Shown here piece by piece: positions 49,246 through 54,731 of a DNA stretch of 64,000 nucleotides; the stretch's first letter is position 1; each line of letters starts with the position of its first letter. Made by a program: the position numbers and the translations under genes. The stretch comes from an uncultured virus (IMG/VR IMGVR_UViG_3300032268_000966) (lineage: Duplodnaviria > Heunggongvirae > Uroviricota > Caudoviricetes): IMG/VR virus record IMGVR_UViG_3300032268_000966; one strand, 5' to 3'. The notes under the pieces are model-generated. The model searched no databases, was not told the origin of the DNA, and worked only from the letters and a program-made list of their open reading frames with translations.

Positions 49246-49335
49246 TTGTGATTGAGGAGCACGATTTAGATACACAAGCTCGATTACAAACTGGGTAACA
49301 CGGGAACGATTTAGATACTAGTGTTACCCTTTTTT
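49246..49335 (+). ncRNA. putative twin-hairpin small RNA with repeated loop motif ACGATTTAGATAC
   Basis: Own TATCTTTG promoter (49236), two stems, identical 13-mer in both loops, terminal T-tract. Confidence 0.7.
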
Positions 49336-49336
49336 A

Positions 49337-49756
49337 TTAGATGTCAGAATAAATAACCAATTGATTTTTACCAACTCTAAAAGGGTTAAACCTTGATTCT
49401 CTGAATACGGTTTTGATGATTAGTTGCCAATAAGTTCCTCCTATATGAACAGGAGTTATCGCCATTGCCAATTCCCACTTTAAAGATTTTACAACAAAAT
49501 CTTCTTCAGGCACAATTTCTCTTGTTACTATTTTTTCGGATATTTGTTTTGTCACCGTACTGATAATCTCTCTGATTTCCTCATTTACAATCGGCCTTAT
49601 GTTATATCCTTCAATATCATCTCTAGTATCTCTATCGAACGCATGACTGGTTCTATTCACATCAAATACAAATAAAACTTCTAAAGATGCGTTAACTTGA
49701 GTTATTCTTTTCTCAACTAATAAATTTTCCTTAATAATTTGTCTCAATGTTTTCAT
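49337..49756 (-). CDS. hypothetical protein (possible RNase-like fold)
   Basis: MKTLRQIIKE leader; TSHAFDR...IIKTV pattern. Confidence 0.65.
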   Translation of the reverse strand: MKTLRQIIKENLLVEKRITQVNASLEVLFVFDVNRTSHAFDRDTRDDIEGYNIRPIVNEEIREIISTVTKQISEKIVTREIVPEEDFVVKSLKWELAMAITPVHIGGTYWQLIIKTVFRESRFNPFRVGKNQLVIYSDI

Positions 49757-49783
49757 CTTTTCATAAATAGTTAAAAAAAATAA

Positions 49784-49814
49784 TTTGACAACTAAAAGAT
49801 TTTTACTATCTTTG
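49784..49814 (+). promoter_or_regulatory. Bacteroidota sigmaA-type promoter of leader 2
   Basis: TTTG(49784)-N19-TATCTTTG(49807). Confidence 0.8.
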
Positions 49815-49832
49815 AACTATATATTAGAAACA

Positions 49833-49943
49833 ATGAGAACTACAATAAAACATATGGTCTTTGGTCAACAACAAGAAACTTGTTGGTATGAGCGTATGCA
49901 GTCATGTAGTTCGGATATAATTTTGAATAATTTTTTAACCTAA
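49833..49943 (+). CDS. leader peptide 2 (36 aa) of the 11-tRNA operon
   Basis: MRTTIKHMVFGQQQETCWYERMQSCSSDIILNNFLT; contains antiterminator strand 49905-49914. Confidence 0.85.
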   Translation: MRTTIKHMVFGQQQETCWYERMQSCSSDIILNNFLT

Positions 49944-49965
49944 AAATAAACCAAATTTTTTATAC

Positions 49966-50000
49966 ACCCTGAACTACAGAAATGAAGTTCAGGGTTTTTT
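49966..50000 (+). terminator. attenuator terminator 2
   Basis: ACCCTGAACT-N10-AGTTCAGGGT plus T-tract; 5' arm can instead pair with 49905-49914. Confidence 0.9.
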
Positions 50001-50007
50001 GTTTTTG

Positions 50008-50022
50008 GCTCTTTGAAATATT
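50008..50022 (+). promoter_or_regulatory. boxA-like antitermination element
   Basis: GCTCTTTGAAATATT at the same relative position as 42494. Confidence 0.65.
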
Positions 50023-50045
50023 GATTGTATCTTTGTGAAACAAAT

Positions 50046-50119
50046 GTCGCGTTGGACAAATTGGTTAAGTCGTCATCCTTTCACGATGAAGATTACGGGT
50101 TCGAGCCCCGTACGCGATA
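50046..50119 (+). tRNA. tRNA-Glu(TTC)
   Basis: TCATC-CTTTCAC-GATGA. Confidence 0.95.
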
Positions 50120-50124
50120 CATTT

Positions 50125-50197
50125 AGTCTCTTAGCTCAGTTGGAAGAGCACTTGTCTTACATGCAAGTTGTCGTAGGTTCGATTCCTACAGGGACTA
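50125..50197 (+). tRNA. tRNA-Val(TAC)
   Basis: CTTGT-CTTACAT-GCAAG. Confidence 0.93.
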
Positions 50198-50203
50198 CAT
50201 AAA

Positions 50204-50306
50204 TCTCAAATTTGAGCAGTAAATTGTCTTAAATTTGAGCAGTGACAAAGTCGGAAGTAAAACTCGTCCAAAGTCGGAAGTAAAAACGTGACAAAATCGG
50301 AAGTTA
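50204..50306. repeat. 23-bp-period direct repeats (2x TCTYAAATTTGAGCAGT, 3x CAAARTCGGAAGT)
   Basis: Copies start at 50204 and 50227, and at 50246, 50269 and 50292. Confidence 0.85.
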
Positions 50307-50521
50307 TGAAATATATTTTTAGAGGACATACTGTGTTTGAGTACAAACCAGATGATAAGTTTGATAAAGTGGTTCAAGGTAAGATTCATGATGCAATTCC
50401 AGCATTTGATTTTTGTCATATGATTCCTGAGGATTATAGATTGTTAGGAGAGTTTTTTAATACAGTTTATAAACATACTCAGGGAGAAGATGTCGAGTTG
50501 AAAGATGTGGAGGTGTATTAA
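50288..50521 (+). CDS. hypothetical protein
   Basis: 77 aa (ATG 50306 is an alternative start). Confidence 0.6.
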   Translation: MTKSEVMKYIFRGHTVFEYKPDDKFDKVVQGKIHDAIPAFDFCHMIPEDYRLLGEFFNTVYKHTQGEDVELKDVEVY

Positions 50522-50522
50522 T

Positions 50523-50595
50523 GGTGACGTAGCTCAGTTGGTAGAGCACTTGCCTGAAGAGCAAGGTGTCGTCGGTTCAATTCCGACCGTTACCA
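50523..50595 (+). tRNA. tRNA-Phe(GAA)
   Basis: CTTGC-CTGAAGA-GCAAG. Confidence 0.95.
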
Positions 50596-50670
50596 CGGAG
50601 TCCCGAATTAACGGGAAACCCCCACTCCCATATGGCAGCCAGTCCGTTAAGCTGGTGAAGTGGGGTAGGA

Positions 50671-50773
50671 AGTTAAGTAGTAGATATGTAAACGAGCACA
50701 GGGCTCGGTAAGTCGAAATGGTGATGATTCTCTTTACGAGACTACATTGTGGGTTCGAATCCCACCTTAACAA
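50671..50773 (+). ncRNA. tRNA-like RNA with canonical T arm and acceptor stem but non-canonical interior
   Basis: GTTAAG/CTTAAC; GTGGG-TTCGAAT-CCCAC; no standard D or anticodon arm. Confidence 0.6.
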
Positions 50774-50787
50774 CAAAAAAAAATGAT

Positions 50788-51411
50788 ATGATTGATAACA
50801 TAAACATAATTAAACCATTATTGAACTTCGAGGAGAAGGGTGACTTCTATATGCTGTATGTTTTTAAACGTAAGAAAGACCAACCTGAAGGAGAGAAAGA
50901 TAACCATCAGTCGGTTAGAACTATTAAAACATATTGTATTGAATCAGTTGACCATTTGGAAAGGAGATATGATGAGGTGATACAATTATGTGAGATGTTC
51001 AAGGCGAGAGCTTATATTCATGTTCAGAAACAAAATCACAGAGATGTATCTTTGGATATGTTGTCGAGTTTGGCTGAGAGAATTAAGAATGGAGTTCAGA
51101 ACCAAAAGGGATTATTTGATTCGGTTGTTGGACAAATAAAGACTCAAGAGAAAAGATGGATTATCGATGTTGATAATGTATCCATGGATGGATTTAACCA
51201 TTCTCCAAGTCAGATTGAAATGAGAGAATATATAAACGAGTTACAGAAAGAGGCGGGAAAAGACCAAGGAATGACTTTTATTAAGACAAGAAGTGGATTC
51301 CATATCATAACTCAACCTTTTAATGTAATGAAATTTAAAGAGAAATATCCTGAGGTTGATATTCAAAAGAAAAACCCAACATTATTGTATTACCCAAATT
51401 CGTTAAATTAA
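50788..51411 (+). CDS. AEP/primase-polymerase-superfamily-like protein
   Basis: WIIDVD and KTRSGFHII motifs; start moved past the tRNA-like element. Confidence 0.6.
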   Translation: MIDNINIIKPLLNFEEKGDFYMLYVFKRKKDQPEGEKDNHQSVRTIKTYCIESVDHLERRYDEVIQLCEMFKARAYIHVQKQNHRDVSLDMLSSLAERIKNGVQNQKGLFDSVVGQIKTQEKRWIIDVDNVSMDGFNHSPSQIEMREYINELQKEAGKDQGMTFIKTRSGFHIITQPFNVMKFKEKYPEVDIQKKNPTLLYYPNSLN

Positions 51412-51416
51412 AAAAT

Positions 51417-51635
51417 ATGGAAAAAAGAACATTTAATAGTAGTGATTTATCTTGGATTTCAGTATCTTTGAAGGGAAAATCAGATGTAACAGTATACGAA
51501 GGAGATTTAAGTGATTGTGGTAATGAGATTGGATATACTGTCGGTAAAAGATATAAAAATATGACTGAGGAAGAAATTGAGGATTTTATTACAGGAATAA
51601 GGCATGGGATTTCATTAACAAACGGAACGCATTAA
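51417..51635 (+). CDS. hypothetical protein
   Basis: 72 aa ORF. Confidence 0.65.
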   Translation: MEKRTFNSSDLSWISVSLKGKSDVTVYEGDLSDCGNEIGYTVGKRYKNMTEEEIEDFITGIRHGISLTNGTH

Positions 51636-51646
51636 AATAAACTAAA

Positions 51647-51862
51647 ATGAAAGTAATAGTAAAAAAAGATAGTATGGATATTTTCCCTCACTTATATGAA
51701 GGAACGGTTTTACAAGAAGTTAAAGATAGTGGAGATAATTACATTGGACTTTTTACTTCTGTATTTGGTTCATATTATGTTGAGGTACCTAAAAAAAGAT
51801 GTAAAAAATATATAATTAAACAAACGTTAAATGGTCGGTTGGCCGAGTGGCTTAGGCGGTAG
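51647..51862 (+). CDS. hypothetical protein (3' end overlaps tRNA-Cys)
   Basis: 71 aa ORF with A-rich start context. Confidence 0.55.
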   Translation: MKVIVKKDSMDIFPHLYEGTVLQEVKDSGDNYIGLFTSVFGSYYVEVPKKRCKKYIIKQTLNGRLAEWLRR

Positions 51863-51904
51863 TCTGCAAAACTACTTACACAGGTTCAAATCCTGTACCG
51901 ACCT
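51833..51904 (+). tRNA. tRNA-Cys(GCA)
   Basis: GGTCGGT/ACCGACC, U73; GTAGT-CTGCAAA-ACTAC. Confidence 0.95.
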
Positions 51905-51918
51905 CAAAAATAAAAATT

Positions 51919-52164
51919 ATGGCAAAAGGAATATTAGAATTTGATTTGAACAACCAAGATGAAGTAATAGCCCATAAAAGAGCTGTTAAGTCTTTTGATA
52001 TGGCTATTGCGTTATGGGAAATTACTCATAACACTAAAAAGTCTTTAGAGTGGTCTTTAGAAGGTAAAGACATTGACAAATACGAGACCTTGGAACTAGT
52101 ATTTGATAAAATTTATGAAATTCTAAATGAAAATAACATAAACACAGAAGAATTTATAAATTAA
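51919..52164 (+). CDS. hypothetical phage protein
   Basis: MAKGILEFDL... 81 aa. Confidence 0.7.
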   Translation: MAKGILEFDLNNQDEVIAHKRAVKSFDMAIALWEITHNTKKSLEWSLEGKDIDKYETLELVFDKIYEILNENNINTEEFIN

Positions 52165-52170
52165 AAAAAC

Positions 52171-52243
52171 ACGTGCGTAGCTCAGATGGTAGAGCAGTAG
52201 TCTCCAAAACTATGTGTCAGAGGTTCGACTCCTTTCGTGCGTG
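52171..52243 (+). tRNA. tRNA-Trp(CCA)
   Basis: GTAGT-CTCCAAA-ACTAT; G73. Confidence 0.95.
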
Positions 52244-52376
52244 CTAAAGGTTGATTGGGGAATGATATACTGTAACCTGATGATGGAGGTGGTATTTCGG
52301 AGTTTGAAATCATCTGAGTAATGCCAATCATAAAAGGAGTTGTCCACTGAACCATCTTCTCCTTTCCTGAAGTTTT

Positions 52377-52572
52377 TTGAAAAGTAGGCCTATAACCTAC
52401 GTCGGTGGTAGAGTGGGGTTGAGGAAGGCAGTAGTTCAGTCATCCAAGAGACCGTCGAGGGTCAAGCAGGTAGAACACAGTCACCTGATAAGTCCCCTAA
52501 AGACAGATGGGAGTAATCGCGAATATCTCCTGTCAAACAAATATCGGAAAATACCCATCGTCTACTTTTCAA
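52377..52572 (+). ncRNA. putative ~195-nt structured RNA
   Basis: 13-bp closing stem TTGAAAAGTAGGC/GTCTACTTTTCAA; GC-rich interior between tRNAs. Confidence 0.55.
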
Positions 52573-52575
52573 ATT

Positions 52576-52657
52576 GGGAGTATCGCCTAGTGGCAATGGC
52601 AGAAGACTGTAAATCTTCCCTCTTTCGAGTTCGTTGGTTCGAGTCCAGCTACTCCCA
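52576..52657 (+). tRNA. tRNA-Tyr(GTA)
   Basis: GAAGA-CTGTAAA-TCTTC; long variable arm. Confidence 0.95.
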
Positions 52658-52750
52658 CAAAAGTTAAACTAAGATACTGTAAAATCAGTAGGTGGTGATT
52701 CGGATTTATCTGTGAGCCATTTCAACCCTGAAAGCAATGTTTAGCTTCAT

Positions 52751-52824
52751 GGACTTGTAGCTCATTCGGTTAGAGCGGCACACTCATAATGTGAAGGTAA
52801 TAGGTTCGATTCCTATCTGGTCCA
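52751..52824 (+). tRNA. tRNA(CAT), probably Ile2 (lysidine-modified, reads AUA)
   Basis: Loop CTCATAA; GGAC/GTCC acceptor typical of tRNA-Ile2; elongator Met not excluded. Confidence 0.8.
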
Positions 52825-52961
52825 CACGGTTTGGTTAGTCACCAAATAGTATATCCAATACGATGGGAAATGGTTTGACAACCATATGGAAACGTACATT
52901 GACGTATAGGTAGAACGTCAGGGAATGTCATCCCGACCTCGTGAGGACGAAACGACAATCT

Positions 52962-53032
52962 TGTCCGATGGTGTAACGGTAACACTACAGTTTTTGGTAC
53001 TGTCATTTCTGGTTCGAATCCAGGTCGGATAA
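52962..53032 (+). tRNA. tRNA-Gln(TTG)
   Basis: ACAGT-TTTTGGT-ACTGT; U1-A72. Confidence 0.93.
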
Positions 53033-53036
53033 CAAA

Positions 53037-53114
53037 ATGGAAAAAAATATGTGGTTATTATTATTATGGGTTATTTTGATGATTGTTGTAAAATGGGACA
53101 ATGACCGTGACTAA
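53037..53114 (+). CDS. 25-aa hydrophobic peptide
   Basis: MEKNMWLLLLWVILMIVVKWDNDRD fills the Gln-Arg spacer exactly. Confidence 0.45.
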   Translation: MEKNMWLLLLWVILMIVVKWDNDRD

Positions 53115-53186
53115 GGTTTTATGGTGTAACGGATAGCACACAAAACTACGGATTTTGGAGTTTAGGTTCGAATCCTAATAGAACCT
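53115..53186 (+). tRNA. tRNA-Arg(ACG)
   Basis: CAAAA-CTACGGA-TTTTG. Confidence 0.93.
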
Positions 53187-53192
53187 CTAAAC

Positions 53193-53266
53193 TGCGAGGT
53201 AGCTCATTTGGTGAGAGCGCAGGATTCATAACCCTGAGGTGGGCAGTTCAAATCTGCCTCTCGCAA
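53193..53266 (+). tRNA. tRNA-Met(CAT)
   Basis: TGCGAGG/TCTCGCA; loop TTCATAA; initiator versus elongator unclear. Confidence 0.88.
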
Positions 53267-53271
53267 CATAT

Positions 53272-53343
53272 GGTGTTTGAAGCATTAAGGTGATGCACTA
53301 GTTTGTGGAACTAGGAAAGACGGGTCGGTACCGTCCTTACACC
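53272..53343 (+). tRNA. tRNA-His(GTG), atypical
   Basis: G-1/C73; CTAGT-TTGTGGA-ACTAG; non-canonical T loop GTCGGTA. Confidence 0.8.
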
Positions 53344-53378
53344 CAAATACTTTTCGTATATGTTGACTATTTATCTGT

Positions 53379-53828
53379 ATGGAAAAAGTAACCTTAACAA
53401 AAGAACAACTATTCAAGGTGATGCATTTGAATGAGCAGGAAAATAAGTCTGAAACTAAAAGTAACTCAGGGTTTAAAAATATGGTATCAACATTATTGCA
53501 TTCACAAACTCAAGTTCATATCTTTCATTTGCAAACCAAATCATATTCAGAACATAAGGCATTACAAGGATACTACGAGGGTATTGATGCATTAGTGGAT
53601 GGTATTATTGAAAGTTACCAAGGTAAATACGACCTTGTTAAAAATTATGACTCAGCAAAAACTGAGGATTATAAAAGTGTTGACCAAGTAATTAATTATT
53701 TTAAATCATTAGACTCCATGATTGAAAAAGCAAGAAAAGGAGTTAAAGAATCGTTTATTCAAAACCAAATCGATACGGTTCAAGAATTAATTTATTCAAC
53801 AATATACAAATTAAGATTTTTAAAGTAG
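53379..53828 (+). CDS. ferritin/Dps-like protein (DUF5856-like)
   Basis: HIFHLQT.SY.EHKAL..YY...D...E.YQG and NQID...TIYKL motifs. Confidence 0.75.
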   Translation: MEKVTLTKEQLFKVMHLNEQENKSETKSNSGFKNMVSTLLHSQTQVHIFHLQTKSYSEHKALQGYYEGIDALVDGIIESYQGKYDLVKNYDSAKTEDYKSVDQVINYFKSLDSMIEKARKGVKESFIQNQIDTVQELIYSTIYKLRFLK

Positions 53829-53851
53829 TATATTTTTTAAATTTAATATTG

Positions 53852-53886
53852 AATCCCTCTGATTAAAAGTCAGAGGGATTTTTTTT
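53852..53886 (+). terminator. intrinsic terminator ending the leader-2 operon
   Basis: AATCCCTCTGA/TCAGAGGGATT plus T-tract. Confidence 0.9.
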
Positions 53887-53921
53887 GTAACATAAAATTA
53901 GTATCTTTGTACCAACAACAA

Positions 53922-53995
53922 TGGAATATAGCTCAGTTGGTTAGAGCGTCATCCTGATACGGTGAATGTCGATGGTTCGAGTCCATCTATTCCAA
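53922..53995 (+). tRNA. tRNA-Ile(GAT)
   Basis: TCATC-CTGATAC-GGTGA; own TATCTTTG at 53902. Confidence 0.95.
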
Positions 53996-53997
53996 CA

Positions 53998-54333
53998 ATG
54001 GAAACTGAAATTAAAAAGAAAACTGGCAATAGAGCCAAGTTTAAGAAAATTGTAAAAGAGTATAAAGATGCCACTACTTCAGAAATTTGGGAAGGAGTTA
54101 GGGATAATTTTACTTTTGGGTTTATTGGTGCGACTATTGTTGTGTTTATTGCAACAAGAGCAGATATTGCGGTACTATTAGGTTATCTAACATATTACTT
54201 TTTTATGGGTAAGATAGTTAACCGTCCCAAATATGTAACAGATTTGGGACGAATGATTGTATTTCCAATACCATCAGCCTTAGGGGCATTTGCGGGATAT
54301 AAATTGTCTTATTATCTTTTACAATTATTGTAA
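53998..54333 (+). CDS. membrane protein (3 TM)
   Basis: ATG 53998 (METEIK) lies just after tRNA-Ile. Confidence 0.7.
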   Translation: METEIKKKTGNRAKFKKIVKEYKDATTSEIWEGVRDNFTFGFIGATIVVFIATRADIAVLLGYLTYYFFMGKIVNRPKYVTDLGRMIVFPIPSALGAFAGYKLSYYLLQLL

Positions 54334-54339
54334 AATATT

Positions 54340-54424
54340 GGAAAGTTGGCAGAGTGGTAATGCAGCGGTTTGCTAAACCGTACATCAATAAAATGATGCG
54401 AGAGTTCGAGTCTCTCACTTTCCG
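54340..54424 (+). tRNA. tRNA-Ser(GCT)
   Basis: GCGGT-TTGCTAA-ACCGT; long variable arm; G73. Confidence 0.95.
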
Positions 54425-54517
54425 CAGAAAAAAATATTTAAAAAGTTGACAAAACGGGATAGTTCTCATATATTTATAGTCTATTAATTAATAAACAAAA
54501 ACAAAAAAAAAACAAGC

Positions 54518-54682
54518 ATGAAAAAAGTATTAGCAATTTTTGCAATCGTAGCGTTGGCCTCTTGTGGTAACGGAAAATCAACTGAAGTTAAATCTGACTC
54601 AACTGCGGTAGCAGTAGATTCATCAGCTGTATCTGTAGATTCTACAAAAGCTGAAGCACCTGCAGCGGTAGAAGTAAAATAA
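54518..54682 (+). CDS. small Bacteroidota-type lipoprotein (54 aa, not in ORF track)
   Basis: MKKVLAIFAIVALASC lipobox; DST, DSS, DST repeats. Confidence 0.8.
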   Translation: MKKVLAIFAIVALASCGNGKSTEVKSDSTAVAVDSSAVSVDSTKAEAPAAVEVK

Positions 54683-54702
54683 TTATATTTCTATTACAAA
54701 AG

Positions 54703-54730
54703 AAAAACCCATCATATGATGGGTTTTTTT
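54703..54730. terminator. bidirectional terminator
   Basis: AAAAACCCATCA/TGATGGGTTTTT between convergent genes. Confidence 0.85.
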
Positions 54731-54731
54731 A

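Noticed and set aside
49261..49318. Mini-CRISPR or rRNA gene fragment
   Set aside because: Only two 13-nt copies; similarity to 16S is limited to ~10 nt with no flanking rRNA homology.
50204..50306. CRISPR array
   Set aside because: Units are 13-17 nt with only 6-10 nt between them, there are two different repeat types, and no cas genes are present.
50725..50745. Ochre suppressor tRNA (TTA anticodon)
   Set aside because: The loop would have C37 and a mismatched stem, and there is no D arm; TAA is the main stop codon here.
52377..52572. RNase P RNA or tmRNA
   Set aside because: GAGGAAGGC and AACAAATATCGG only loosely echo P4 and cannot form it; there is no tRNA-like domain or tag ORF. Kept as an unknown structured RNA.
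52927..52957. Hammerhead ribozyme (GTGAGGACGAAAC)
   Set aside because: The required CUGANGA core is missing upstream of the stem.
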